A stretch of 64,000 bases of DNA from NCBI GenBank assembly GCA_951406725.2, contig OX597820.1, positions 43,772,001-43,836,000 on the forward strand. The letters are read 5' to 3'. The translations under genes were made by a program, and so were the position numbers. This DNA comes from Octopus vulgaris (lineage: Eukaryota). Shown here in pieces: positions 30,287 to 45,761 of the stretch (its first letter is position 1; each line of letters opens with the position of its first letter). The notes beneath the pieces are model-generated. The model did not search any database and was not told where the DNA came from. It worked only from the letters and a program-made list of their open reading frames with translations.

Positions 30287-30585
30287 CGGAGGCGCAATGG
30301 CCCAGTGGTTAGGGCAGCGAACTCGCGATCGGAAGATCGCGGTTTCGATTCCCAGACCGGGCGTTGTGTGTGTTTATTGAATGAAAACACCTAAAAGCTC
30401 CACGAGGCTCCGGGAGGGGTTGGTGTCGAAACCTGTTGTACTCTTTCGCCCCAACTTTCTCTCACTCTCCTGTTTCTTGAGTAACGCTGCGATGGACTGG
30501 CGTCCCGTCCAGCTGGGCGGAACACATACGACACAGAAACCGGGAAACCGGGCTCATGAGCCTGGCTAGGCTTGAAAAGGGCGAA
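30287..30585 (+). mobile_element. SINE family C (tRNA-Arg-like head, octopus OR-type)
   Basis: GGAGGCGCAATGGCCCAGTGGTTAGGGCAGCG..CTCGCG..GGTTTCGATTCCC (A and B boxes). The 3' part contains CTGCGATGGACTGGCGTCCCGTCCAG. Confidence 0.85.
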
Positions 30586-30984
30586 AGAGAAAGAGACGAG
30601 GCAACATAGTGGTACTGCTCCAAATGATCTAGTGGATTGTATCCATCCACCTATTTACTTTAGTTTCGTAATTGTTTTAACGATCTATCTTTCGATTCGC
30701 TAAATTATGGCTGTGTAGCGGTGTAGAATGCAAACAATACCGGTTTTTAGGCCGTGACAACATAATTATACAGGCACTCACATACGTGTAGGGCGGGGTG
30801 CTTATGTAAATGTATGTGCTGGTGCTTTGAAAATCATGAATAATGTGAAACAATAGTGCCTTCAATAGTTTCTTATTTATTAATAATTACCCTGTTCAAA
30901 TGTATGGATTATTATTTGTAGTTCATGATCAGCTTTGTTACCGACAAAGACAGGAATTTTGATTCCTAATGACATATTTTCGGA

Positions 30985-31115
30985 TTCACTCCACTGCATG
31001 GCAAGTGGGGTAAATGTCTTCTACTACAGTAACCCAGCTGACCAAAGCCTTATGAGTCGATTTGATAGACGGAATCTGAACGAAAGCCATCTTGTATAGA
31101 TAGATAGATAGACAA

Positions 31116-31157
<42 letters not shown>

Positions 31158-31177
31158 GGATAGATGGATAGATAGAT

Positions 31178-31265
<88 letters not shown>

Positions 31266-31392
31266 ATAGATAGGTAGATAGATAGGTAGGTAGGTAGGTA
31301 GTGTTCTGACTGGTCATTTGAAAAAGCGCATGAATACAGCTATTGTTTAGTCATAGTAGTACAATATTGCGTATAATTTAGGTAACAGTGAT

Positions 31393-31486
<94 letters not shown>

Positions 31487-31660
31487 TGCGTGTGTCTGTG
31501 TGAGTTCCCGTAAATTAGTGGTTCAGCAAAAGAAAAACGATAGAAATTGTATCGAGCATGGAGAAAAATACGCATTGAGATCGATTCGTTCGGTCATAAC
31601 ACTTCAAGGCGGTGCTCACGCATAGCCGTAATCCTGTGTTTAAAGAAAAAGCAAAAGAAA
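30985..31660 (+). mobile_element. SINE family A, degenerate, expanded by internal (GATA)n and (TG)n
   Basis: The 5' body gaccaaagccttatgagt..gacggaatctgaa and 3' body cccgtaaattagtggttcagcaaaag flank the microsatellites. Confidence 0.65.
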
Positions 31661-32896
31661 AGATATCTGTATACATACCTAGAGAACTCAAGCATTTTCC
31701 CTGTAACGAATTTCACTCATTTGTATTAGTGAAACCAAGTCTACCACAAACGACTCTTAAAATTTTATTGGTATCGAAGCTAGCATTACGTAGATGTATA
31801 TCGAACTTTTTAATCACTTACACTTTTACTTATTTCTATAGCATAATTTAAGATACTTTGCTGCAATTAGGGCGGAAATATTTTGCAGTCTGAACTTCAA
31901 ATAAGCTGATTTCAAATATAAGCGATATTGAAACGGCCGTTATATTACCTTCGGTTTATTTTAAACTGGGCATACGTTTACTTTACAATAAAGACCGTAA
32001 TATTAGAAACTGTGACGTTTACGCTCCTGTACCTATTGCTGATGGCTTTAAACATCATACAGTAATATAACTATTGAATAACTAATGTAAAGAATGATTG
32101 AGTCCGCTTGTACCTTTTATTGCTGCTAATTGGATGACTGTAAGAGATATACATATAGACTATTTGAGTCATTAATTGACAGTTATGTAAAGTAAAATAG
32201 CTTTAACATCGAAACATCTTATTTAACAGTTACTTGTCTAAAGTTCGTGTTGATACCAAAAATTTTCTCTCTTAACTTAAACACAAGGACATTTTTATTC
32301 CTGAAGACGTAGAAAATAAGCCAATCCTAAAATTTTATTAGTAGTCGTTCTCTTGCTCCCAAAGTGATCTCTTCTTTTTATTTTCTTTCTTTGTATATCA
32401 GAGTCAATTTTTACTGCTACGTTCTCTTTATGTAGTATGCCAAACACATTGGCAACAAAGCAGCGAATGCGTGCAGTAAATAGGAAAAATAATAGATACT
32501 TTGATGTAGTTATATTCAACAAAAAGAACAAAAATACCAATAGAATCCTTACAAAGGTGTAATAAACTTGAAAATTAGCAATCTACGAATTTTGGGGCTG
32601 TGCCATAGAAATAGATCTTGTGCCTCGTGAGACCGAAACTTATCCGGTATGGTTTTCAAGGCGTCTTCTAGGCTTGTACAAGATTCCTCCTTGAACAGGC
32701 AGCCAATCGTTCGTTGCAGGATTAAATCTGATGCCACTACTATGAATTTTCAGCTTAACATGGTGGGGCAGTCAAATAAAAGGAATTATCTTCAAAAGAG
32801 AATGCGTAGCTCTATCCAAAAATCGAGCCACTTGTCGAACGAACTGGAGTCCAAATACATGATCACTAAGCCACTGCCTTCAAAATCAAAATATAG

Positions 32897-33292
32897 TCTT
32901 TTACTTGTTTCAGTCATTTTACTGCGGCCATTCTGGAGCACCGCCTTTAGTCGAGCAAACTGATCCCAGCATTTATTCTTTGAAAGGCTAGTATTATTCT
33001 ATCCGTCTCTTTTGCCGAACCGCTAGTTTACGGGGACGTAAACACACCAACATCGGTTGTCAAGCAATGCTGGTGGGGGGCAAACATAGACACACAAACA
33101 TATACACACACACACATATATATGTATATATACATCTATACGACGGACTTCTTTCAGTTTTCGTCCACCAAATCCACTCCCAAGGCTTGGGTCGACCCGA
33201 GGCTATAGTAAAAGACACTTGCCCAAGATGCCAAGCAGTGGGACTGAACCCAGAACCATGTGGTTGGTAAGCAAGCTACTTACCACACAGCC
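32897..33292 (-). mobile_element. SINE family A
   Basis: Close match to 21481-21883. Confidence 0.9.
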
Positions 33293-34922
33293 AATGTTTA
33301 TTAACTTACATTGGTTGTTTTTAATCATACGATAACCCAATCTTTGTAAAATATTTGCAGCCGCAGAGAAAAAAAAACTGTAGAGATATTGACGAAATAC
33401 GCAATATCTACGCAGTAATATAACAAAACTCGTACACCATAGTTCCTCATTCAAATCTCACTTGTGTGAAATTTATTTTTCATATCTCGGGATCAATATG
33501 GGGAATACCAGTAATTCATGGTGGTGATCCTATCATCACTTTCACTACAATTACGCTTCCACAATTTGAAGAAAATAAGATTGCCGTTGGTATCGTTGTC
33601 ATCGTAGATATTATTGGTAGTTTTCCTGTTGTTTTGTTAAATATACTGAAGATACACCCAACATAGTCTGAGGAAGTATTGCTGCTTGCTCTTCTTTTTG
33701 TTGATGTTGACGCCGTTATATTTTCCGTTGTGACGGTTGTGAAAAAAAAAAGGTGGCGGCGGCGGCCGTAGTAGCAGCAATGCTGGTGGTGATAGCGGTG
33801 ACTGTGACGGTGGCGGCGGTGGCGGCGGCGGTGGTGATGATAGCAATAGTGAGTGACGATGGTTAAGACCGCTATCACCAGCATCGTAGTCGTTGTCACT
33901 ATCTTCATTTTCATTATCTCCTGGGAAATCACAAGTATGAATATTATAGGAAATGGAAAATTATGCAGTTTTGTTGTAAGTTAATTTGGTGAGAAATATT
34001 TGCAAGTATCACAGAAGTAAATGGGACTAATATGAGAGATTGAAAATTAAATAACTTTTATGGTATAACACCATAGAGAATAATATAATGTTTGTAACTC
34101 AACAGAAATGCAAAACGCCCCAGCAATAACAATAACATAGGTAAGTTTAAAATAGCATTCTTCTTCCCCTACCTTTGTCCCGAACCGGTTGAGCTATACA
34201 CGATTCTTAACTGTAACGTTTCTTATGCTATTGTATTTTAATCAAAGGTTAAAATGTTCAGAAATTTTCATTTAGCGAATGCAGTTCAGACATACGAAAT
34301 ATATTCGTGAAAGAATAATGAGAGGCGACGAACCTCCTCTCCCTGTTACACTGTTTGGTCTATAGAGAAATGTCCACCATGTCGGTTTTTAATTGAGTTG
34401 ATTAAATATTTCATGAATAAATAGAAATTTGCCAATTACAAAATAAAAATAAACCTACGATATTAAAAATAGAATAATATCGACCAGAAAATTCTGTGAG
34501 AGCGAATTCACCGTACAATAAAACAGACGACAAACAATTTGAAATATTTGTAATTTAAACACACACACACACATGCACACACGCGCGCACATACGCCCGC
34601 ACGTGCACACACACAAATACAAGCTCACACACACAAACACAAGCACACACTCACACACTAGCACACATACATACACATATATATATGAACATATGTATCT
34701 ACATATATTCATATATATATATATATATACATACATATATATATATATATACTACTTATATGTTTTTATACACGTTTGTGTATATATATATATATATATA
34801 CACACAGGCAAATAAATGTCGGCATAATAAATCGACAGAGTACATCTCAACTTTTCTAAGAAAACTATAACTCGTGTGTATTGGGATATATGTGTGATAG
34901 AATTTCACGAAAATGTATATAT

Positions 34923-34988
<66 letters not shown>

Positions 34989-35134
34989 CTCTTTCTCTCT
35001 CTCTCTCTATGTATATATATATATATATTGAGAGAGAGAGAGAGAGAGAGAGATACATTTATATACATATATATATATGCATATATATATATATATATAT
35101 ATGTATAGTGTTTAGTCGAGACATATACATACAA

Positions 35135-35187
<53 letters not shown>

Positions 35188-35309
35188 AGCACACACACAT
35201 TCAGACGTATGTATGTATGCATTTATGCGTGTTTGTATACTCTATATAGGCCAGTTTCGATACTCCAAATGAAGGCTTCTAGTAAATAACAATTATAATA
35301 GTGATATTA

Positions 35310-35503
35310 ATAATGGTTCCAGTTTTTGCAACAAGGTCATCCATTTTGGAGGAGAGGACGATTCCATTACAACAACTTGTATTTCATATATCCACCCGGA
35401 ATGGATGTGAGGCAACGTCGAAGTCGGCGGAATTTCGACGCAAACCGAGATACCGCCAAGTATTTCGGCCAGCACACAATTGATTCTGCCAGCTCACCGC
35501 CTT
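35310..35503 (-). mobile_element. SINE family B, degenerate, adjacent to (TAA)n
   Basis: Minus-strand head AAGGCGGTGAGCTGGCAGAATC. Confidence 0.7.
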
Positions 35504-35515
35504 ATTAATGATGAT

Positions 35516-35587
<72 letters not shown>

Positions 35588-35588
<1 letters not shown>

Positions 35589-36308
35589 CCTCCCCATCAG
35601 AAATTACCAAAAACAAGTAATGAAAAGAAATATAACAAGTAACTGCAGAATATGTGGAGATGGACAAGAAACAATAAATCATATTATCTCTGGCTGCCCA
35701 GTCCTGGCTAAGAAGGAATATCTTCACAGACATGACAGAGTTGGAACCTACATACACTGGAAGCTATGCCAACATTATGGAATAACAACAGAAAAAAGAT
35801 GGTATACGCACACACCAAAAAAGGTCACAGTAAACGAGAAAGCAACCATACTCTGGGATATGCCGATACACAGATAGAGAAATTAAAGACAACAGACCAG
35901 ATATAGTTGTCAGAGATCATGAAGAAGAAAAATGCTTTCTAATTGATGTATCAATACCGGCAGATGACAACGTGTCTCTAAAAGAAATGGAGAAACTTTC
36001 AAAATACAAAGACCGGAAAATAGAGGTAACCAGAATGTGGAATCTAAAAATAGAAACAATACTTATCATAGTAGGTGCATTAGGCATGATAAAAAATATT
36101 CAGACAAATAAATAACAAAAACACCAGGACTTACAAACACATATAACATACAGAAAATTGCACTTCTAGGCACTGCACATATCCTACGCAGAACACTTTC
36201 CATACAATAACTATCAGAGCATCACAACAAATCACAGCACATACCCAAGGCACACAGAGCTGCGCTCGGTAGTGAAGTGAAAGCACGTTATAAAAATAAA
36301 ACTACTGA
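35588..36308 (+). mobile_element. R4/Dong subfamily 1, short 5'-truncated copy between (TAA)n tracts
   Basis: Near-identical to 26100-26817, including the 3' UTR cacagcacatacccaaggcacacagagctg..actactgaat. Confidence 0.95.
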
Positions 36309-36589
36309 ATGATGATAATAATAATAATAACAATAACAATAAAAATAATAGTAATAATAATAATAATAATACATTTTACAATATGACTGAAAGCTTGTGG
36401 AGGGAAGGTAGTGAAATATCTTCATGTAATACAGCGCATTCATTTAAATGGATTTAAAAGCTAATAAGCCAGGTGTTTTGTGGCTATGGTTTCAGGATAT
36501 TTTGTGGCAGTGCTTTCATCTCTTATCCTTCACTCGCCGCAGGACTCTGGGTGTGAATCGCCAAGTGACTGTAACAAAGATGCAGATTA

Positions 36590-36652
<63 letters not shown>

Positions 36653-36857
36653 CCAATAAGGTTGTGTTACTTAGGCCCGAGGGATAAACGTAAAATGAAT
36701 AAAGAAACCAGAAAATTACATATCTCTGATGCAGCATATAAGAGAAAATATGTGTATTAGTACTTCATAATCCTTTCTACACAAACATCTACTTCTGTGA
36801 CTATCCACTTCATCAGACTAGCGAAAATCGAACGCTTTTCAGCAGTATTTAATGTAG

Positions 36858-36899
<42 letters not shown>

Positions 36900-37877
36900 C
36901 GTTTGGGTATTAATCCAGGAGTTTACTTAATTAAACTCATCCACAGGTATTAGTTATCAGACATGATAGTAATCTGGAGATTGACTTATTAAACATGTTG
37001 AAAATTCATAAACATCCGAAGAGTTTTATATTATTAAAAACCAGAAGAATGGAGTAAACATATCCTTTTAATTCACCTATTTACTATTGTTTCATCGGAA
37101 TGATAATTCTCATTAATCTTGTTGCATTATGCAATAATATATACAACTAGTGGTTATTCTTCTGCTGGCATTGATATAACACATGCCGATTCAAAATAAT
37201 CAAGATTACGTATCAAAATCATTTGCTGAAGGAACTTGGAATTATCTAGGTTTCATGCAAACACCGTGTTTGGACTGGTTACAGGATCACATTTACTTAT
37301 CACAAGCAAAGCAAACCACTGCTGAGCATCAAGCGGTCGCGGAAGATAAACGAAAAATATACAGGAAAAGTATTTTGTGTTTTTATGCGTTATAGTAAAT
37401 TATTGGCTTTTTGTCAGTTTCCATATCAGTAAAAATAATTTTATAGTTGTGTTCTTCATATAGTTTTATGGTTCCTAAAATCACTCGTTTCATCAACTTA
37501 TTGAAATAAAAAAAAATTAAAGCAAACATACATCTATATTTTTATAACTCCGAAAATTTGTCGCCTGCCCAATTATAGCAATCAGCCATGCGTCAGCTAC
37601 CTCAATAGCCAGCAATCGCCACAAACGCACATACAAATACACGCAGAAAAATACAGAAGACGTGCGCACAAATATTTTCAATGTCTTATAAGCTACGTCT
37701 TACTAAGTAAAATATACATTTGAAAAATGAGAAAATAAGTTAATATATACGTGGACACTCACTTAAAAGACATTTGTAAAAATTCTTCATTCTAATTGAT
37801 TCAGTCAGTTATCAAACTAATAGTGTATTTAATTATAAATAAATAACAACATACATAATAGTTTGCCAGTGTCTATA

Positions 37878-38125
37878 TGTTTTCGTGATACCCAAATTTA
37901 AAAGTTTGTATTCGTTCAAGTATAGCCCTTTTAAGTCCAGGATAAATGTACAAGTCTGTTTAGAAATCTTCCCAAGATGAGTTTTGTTATGTCGCACATT
38001 CGGATTCCTCTACTACTCAACTTCGACTCTCTACTGCTACTCTGCTCTCGAACTCTAGGCTTCTCCCTCTATATCTACGTATTGGGCTAGCCTACTTCAT
38101 CGTCTGAGGGAGGGGTGTCCGCACA
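37878..38125 (-). mobile_element. Possible solo LTR
   Basis: TG...CA termini around a GC-richer ~250-bp block. No clean TSD. Confidence 0.3.
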
Positions 38126-38684
38126 ATAGGTTTGTAATAGTGATCGGAAAAATTAGTAATTCTATACTAAATATATTGTGTCGTATTTATTCAAAGCTTT
38201 CCCATACTTACGGTGGCATCTCATAAATAATTCAGTGTTAATAAAATAAATTTTGATTTATATAGTAATTACGTAATATATCTAGTAAACACAGATTACA
38301 TAACTTCGAATTCCCATCATGCGAGTAAGCAGTTTCTTAGTACAGAGCTGGAAATATTGTAATGAATCTTTTTTCCGAGAACTGCTATTTGAGGTTAACC
38401 AAAGAAGTATTATGTCTCTTCCTTATATCCCGGAATCACACGATATGGTTACGCTAACGGTTTGTGTTTAAAATCCCTCGTTGCATTTTCATATCTTTAT
38501 TTGTTCTTTGCACTTCAAACAGAGCAGTATATACAATATTTTCGAAGCGACAGATATTATTCAGAGAACACACATTTCTACTTCTGGAATTGCATCTTTT
38601 AATATTAATAGTATTAATATTTTAGTATTAATAGTATTACCATTTATATAGCATTACCAATTATAGTCTTGCCTTTATTCATGT

Positions 38685-40063
<1,379 letters not shown>

Positions 40064-40890
40064 CAACATTCAATGATGAAGGAAAAGATCAGAAAAGAAT
40101 GTTATCTCAGGGTGAGGGCAATACTCAAGATAGAGCTAAATGCAAGAAACAGGATCGAAGCGATTAATACTATAGCCATACTGGTCGTGACTTACAGTCT
40201 CAATATCATTAACTGGTCAATTACTGAAATCTTTAAGCTTTATAGAAAAATCTAAAAATTGTTGGCAATGAATATAATGCACCACATTAAGACAAATGTA
40301 AAACGACTTGACTTGCCAAGAAAAGAGGGTGGTCGTGGATTTTTCCAACTTCAATTAACATTGAAGATTGCTACAATTGGCGTAAAAACTTACCTGAAAA
40401 CTTCTGGTAAAAGTTGTCTTAAAGCATGGAAACAAGAAAAGCCCATACTCAATAACAAAACTAAGCGAATTCCAAATACAGCAAGTCCCAGTATTAGATG
40501 TATTAGAAACAAGCACAGTAAAAGCTAAGCGTATGAAAACCCTAGCTAAAACTGCTGTTTTAGATATTCTTACTGATAAATGTCAAGAAAAACATCTCAA
40601 TGGCAAATACCCGGAGAGAGCTAATAATACGGATGTTGAAGGGAGTAGACGTGATACCAATAGTAATTGGAGCACTTAAAAGTATCAGCAGTCAAATCCG
40701 AGCATGGCTGAAAAAGATCGGTGTAAAGGTAGAACACACACAAAAATCAGCATTGCTTTGAACTGCAAGAATTCTTCGCAGGGTCCTTGAGACATAACAA
40801 GTAAACAAGTATCACCTTAGTCTGCTGGGTGTGGGCAACTGACACTTTTCATCATACCCAAAATAAGCTGTGAGTTTTCATATAATTTTA
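40064..40890 (+). mobile_element. R4/Dong subfamily 4 fragment joined to another Dong 3' end, followed by (TAA)n
   Basis: QHSMMKEKIRKECYLRVRAILKIELNARNRIEAINT. It jumps at ~40640 to PIVIGAL..QKSALL*TARILRRVLET*, then a 3' UTR and (TAA)n. Confidence 0.85.
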
Positions 40891-40949
<59 letters not shown>

Positions 40950-40953
<4 letters not shown>

Positions 40954-41160
40954 GTTTCAGGGGATGGGTAGGTCGATTACATTGACCCCAGTGCAAGACT
41001 GATATTATTTTATCCACTGCGAAAGGATGAAAGGCTAATTCAACCCCAACGTAATTGGAACTCAGAACGTGCAGACGAATCACACCCTTAAGGACGTAAA
41101 GATAGACAAATAATACCACTAAGCATTATTGCCAGTGTGCTAACGATTCCGCTAACAACA
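40950..41160 (-). mobile_element. SINE family B, degenerate
   Basis: gtcgattacattgaccccagtg..gaaaggatgaaaggc..gtgctaacgattccgc. Confidence 0.7.
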
Positions 41161-41199
41161 GTAACTTTCTTTGCCCTACGTGTCGGCGAGAAATGGAAA

Positions 41200-41645
41200 C
41201 AAAATTATTAGATAAACTAGCAAAAAGCATTTGAACAATTGGCTTATAGGTGGGAACAAAAACCTCTCCATGGCAAATATGTAACCCGTAGCAAACAAGC
41301 TGATATAGATCAGAAGCACTCCCATTAATGGATACGAAGCTCATGGCCAAAGGCAGAGAGTCAAGGCTTTATCTTAGCTACTCAAGATTAGAGCTTATTG
41401 ACTCGGAACTACCAAGCCAACGTGATGGAAAATCGATGTAGAAAATGGTACCGATATTGCAACGACGAAATTGAAACAGTGGATCATCTAATCTCTGGGT
41501 GTAAGGCTTAAGCACAAGTAGAATATAAATCTAGACATGACAGAGTTGGCCACTATCTACATTGGATCATATGTCAGCATTATAAAATCAAATCTGTTGA
41601 CAAATTGTAGAAACACCATCCTGAGGGAGAAAATGTAACAATTGT
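41200..41645 (+). mobile_element. R4/Dong subfamily 2-like fragment
   Basis: Homologous to 27081-27500 (WEQKPLHGKYVTRSK, RHDRVGHYLHW), with stops. Confidence 0.85.
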
Positions 41646-41654
41646 GGGGGGGGG

Positions 41655-41791
41655 TCAAATTGACCCCACGACTTATTCTTTCTAAACCTAGTACTTACTC
41701 TATCGGTGTATTTGCCGAACTGTTAAGTTTCGAGGACTTGGGCAAAGGAATATTGGTTGTCAAACGATAGCAGGGGGACAAACACACACAC

Positions 41792-41822
<31 letters not shown>

Positions 41823-41962
41823 CACGACGGGCTTCTTTCAGTTTTTGTCTACTAAATAGACTCACTAGACTTTGATCAGCCTGAAACTATAGTAGAAGAC
41901 ATTTCCTCAGTGGATCTGAACACGGAACAATGTCGTTGAGAAGCAAGCTACTTACCACACAG

Positions 41963-41964
<2 letters not shown>
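41655..41964 (-). mobile_element. SINE family A, partial
   Basis: acttattctt..tagtactt..gacgggcttctttcagttt..gcaagctacttaccacacagc. Confidence 0.8.
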
Positions 41965-42001
<37 letters not shown>

Positions 42002-42007
<6 letters not shown>

Positions 42008-42190
42008 TATATAGAAGGAGCTTCTACAGGACTAGAACTGTTTCATTCAAGAGAAATCATCTGATGATTTCTCTTGAATGAAACAGTTCTAGTCCTGTAG
42101 AAGCTCCTTCTATATAATAAATTAATTTTACTCTGCTATGTATTGAGTACCTTATTTACTGTGGTTAACCCCGAATCAACCCGGGACCTA
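42002..42190. mobile_element. Penelope-like terminal fragment with a perfect inverted duplication (palindrome 42002-42122), inside (TA)n
   Basis: 60-bp arms with a 1-nt centre at 42062. The right arm begins CTGATGA..GAAAC..GTC. Confidence 0.75.
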
Positions 42191-42202
42191 CATATATATA
42201 TA

Positions 42203-42392
42203 TAAAGGGACAGTTTACGAAAATAAACAAAAGACGAAGACAGGAGGTGTACAAACAAACAGATGTATTAGTATAGCGTTCAGGAATAGAACAAGTATTT
42301 TACGTTTCGAGCCTATGCTCTTCTACAGAAAGATACACAGAAAAAAACAAGGAGAGAAAAAATGTGTATAGTAGCTAACGATCTATCATGGC

Positions 42393-42393
<1 letters not shown>
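42203..42393 (-). mobile_element. Penelope-like terminal-repeat fragment with a variant hammerhead
   Basis: Minus strand at 42298-42331 reads ttt-CTGTAGA-a-gagc-atag-gctc-GAAA-c-GTA-aaa. Flanked by (TA)n and homologous to 21236-21410. Confidence 0.7.
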
Positions 42394-42428
<35 letters not shown>

Positions 42429-42509
42429 TGGAATAGTTAGTATAAAGCATTGTGTGGAATATATATAAAATTTGTGGTTGAGGCCGGAAAAAAGCTTATT
42501 TTCTTTCTA

Positions 42510-42693
42510 AGCCTGGTACTTATTTTATCTGCCTCTTATGCTGAACCACTGAGTTACGGGGATGTAAACACACCAACAGCAGTTGTCAAGTGCTAGTGTG
42601 GGACAAACACAGACACAAAGACTGACAAAGACACACATATTTACGCACGCACGTACACGCATAGACACACACTCACACACAGACGTGTGTATG

Positions 42694-42759
<66 letters not shown>

Positions 42760-42860
42760 CATACACGATGCTCTTCTTTCAGTTTCTGTCTACCAAATCG
42801 ACTCACAAGGCTTTCATTGGCCTGAGGTTATAGTAGAAGACAATTGTCGAAGGTGTCAAG
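42510..42860 (-). mobile_element. SINE family A, partial
   Basis: Family-A body on both sides of an internal (CA)/(TA) tract. Confidence 0.75.
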
Positions 42861-42925
42861 GATGTATGTATGTATGCATGTATGTATGCATTACGTATCT
42901 ATACGCGTATATGTACGTATATAAT

Positions 42926-42968
<43 letters not shown>

Positions 42969-44509
42969 ATTATAGTCAAGAGAAGTCTATAGTTTTGTAA
43001 TTCCCACAACTCTAAGTGACGTGGCCCCAGTAATTCTAAACATGCTTTGCATATAGGGATATAGTGCAGGAGAAACTGTAAATCAATATAAAGCAGCTTA
43101 TTCAAACAGACACGTACTCTGTTTTCCCACATCGTAAAATTTATAATTGATTCCCGTTCTTTTATATTCGTATATATGCATATGTGCATATATGTCAATA
43201 TATATGTGTATATATACATGTAAATATGAATGTGCGTGTGCGTGTGTGTGTGTGTGTGTGTCTGCGTGTGTGTGTGCAACCTTTTCATATTTTATTTCAT
43301 TGTTTTGGTTTATTTCCCTCGTATGACAGCTAGTCTTTTAATAAATCATGAAGAAATTTTGACAATTTCCAATGTGTCTCTTAACCTACAGAAAACCATA
43401 TGTGCCCTGTCAAACTCCAGGGGAAAAAATAAGCGAGGTTTTGTTTATAGCGTAAGAGTGAGCATCTCTCACAAAAGTTTTATGGTTTTCTTTTTTTTAT
43501 ACGTTTATACATTTATATATTTTGTGTTCTTAGTTATACAGTTGTTTATACATATATGTATATTCATTTATAGGGAACTTAACTCTTTTCATCTTGACTA
43601 CTACCAAACTTTAAATGTATATTTCACGCCTATATGTTTTGTCCGATTTTCTCACTACTTGTCAAGTGAAACAACTTCAATGAAACATTTTACTGGTCGT
43701 AAATATCAGCGACAAGGTTTCATATTCTTGTTAATCAAACTTTACACTTCTATTCAACAAACCCGACATCTCACACTTTTCCTTTATTCTCACTGCATTT
43801 TTCTTATTTTCCCTTCTTTTTTTTTTCTTTCTTTTGTGAAGATAATGTTTTATGGTCTTATTTCTATTATTCCTTCTGATACATTTTATCCTCTTATTCT
43901 CCCGCCTCTGCTTTTCTTCGCTTTATATTTTTCTCCCTTTCTTACTTATTTTTTCTCCTCCTTCCACTTCTCCTCCATCGCCTGAATTTTATTTATGAGA
44001 CCAAAAAGAAAAAGAAAAATAAGAGAGGTGGATTGATAGAATTTTTAGACCACCGGACAAACAGCCTTGCAAGATTAACTATGGCTCACGCCGAGCAAAA
44101 TGCTTAACGGCATTTCGTCCGTCTTCTAGGTTCAGATTTCAAATCCTGCTGAGGTCTACATTCTCACTTATCTCTCGGATATCGAAAACATGAAATGCCC
44201 GTTTAGTATTGAAGTCGATTTAATCAACTAACATGACTCATCTCAAATTTCAGATTTCTTGTCTATATTACTAAAGTAGAGCAGTAGATAAGGAGCCTTC
44301 ACAGGCAGATCATTAAACCGCTAGAAATATTTTAAAAAAAAACGCATTGCTAAGTTTAGCCATAATTTTCTACATTCCAAGTTCAATTATCACCGAAATG
44401 GACAAAGTATTTCACTCTTTTGACGTCAACAAAATAAGTGCGAATCATTTACGATCATGATATAGTAGATTGTTCCCTCCTACAATTTATCTGATTTTGT
44501 ACTTATATC

Positions 44510-45280
44510 ATCGTCCTCTTGATCAGAGGTTACCTGTACATGGGACACTAGGTCTTTACAAACATACTCCCATTATCCTGATTTCCACCATTGAACTCTC
44601 TTTTATCACATCCTCCTCTTAGTTCTCCTCTTAGTTTCACCAACAAAATTTTTTCGCTACTCTCTAGCTCATCAAAATTATGCAGATCTTGCAGTCTTCT
44701 CGAGAAACTACTCTTTATTTCTTCAATTTCTACCCCCAGAAAACCAGTTCTTTGCCATATAATACCACTTTGTCACATTCGTTGAATCGCACTGAAATAT
44801 TTCTTTTCCATTTCAAACTTGATGCGGTGTTTTTTTTTTCTGCCTTACGATGTAACATTGACAAAGCGCTTCACAGTCATAGAAGCACTCAAGAGCAATC
44901 TTCTACATTGCTTTTGATCAAAGATTTTTATTTTCAACTTTCTTTTTCCTATCTTCAGGTATTTTGCCTTGATATTTGGATGACGGCCGGGGGAATGAGT
45001 AGTTACTCAAGTTGCCCTCTCGTGTTCCCTTTGATACTCTCATAACCTTGGCAGATTCTCGTTTGATTGTTTCTTTCCATCATTAAGAGAATGCGTCGGT
45101 TGATATAGAAGTATTTCCTCTGTAGTTTGTTTATCGTGATTTGCACCTGTTCATTGAGTTAGGACATCAGCACTAGTTGGATTGCTAACTAAGGTTCACA
45201 TAGCTATATTTGCCTTGGGTGGTTTTGCCGAGCGACTACACACAGTTATTTCTGTATCTCCGCGTACATTTGTATCCATC
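44510..45280 (-). mobile_element. Decayed RTE-clade LINE 3' fragment
   Basis: Minus strand LYDCEAL (LYGCEAW-like) and a G..RG..KRR-like terminal motif. Confidence 0.5.
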
Positions 45281-45352
45281 TTCCGGCTTGTGCCAAAATT
45301 TGAAAACGTTATTATTTATTATTATCTGCTAGTCTTGTGCCATTTCAAAAAT

Positions 45353-45392
<40 letters not shown>

Positions 45393-45399
45393 CCATCAC

Positions 45400-45452
<53 letters not shown>

Positions 45453-45487
45453 CTATCATCGTTGTTAATACTATTATTATTATTATC

Positions 45488-45652
45488 GTAGGACGCCAGG
45501 TAAAACGCTTAGCAGCATTTCATACGTCTTCACCTTCTGAGTTCAAATTCCGCTAAGTTCCACTTTTCGTTTCATCTTTCTGGGGTCGGTAAAATAAGTC
45601 AAGTGCTGGAGTTGATATAATCGACTTGCACCCTCTCCAAAATTAGAACCGG
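45488..45652 (+). mobile_element. SINE family B, degenerate
   Basis: ttctgagttcaaattccgc..ggggtcggtaaaataagt. Confidence 0.7.
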
Positions 45653-45674
45653 TTATTATTATTATTATTATTAT

Positions 45675-45742
<68 letters not shown>

Positions 45743-45761
45743 TCATTTTTATTATTATTAT

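Noticed and set aside
30287-30360. tRNA-Arg-like gene (and other tRNA-like heads)
   Set aside because: The acceptor stem is incomplete and continues into a SINE body present in several copies.
43230-43985. 251-aa hydrophobic ORF resembling a membrane protein
   Set aside because: It starts in (TG)n and runs through T-rich low-complexity DNA with no recognisable domain.
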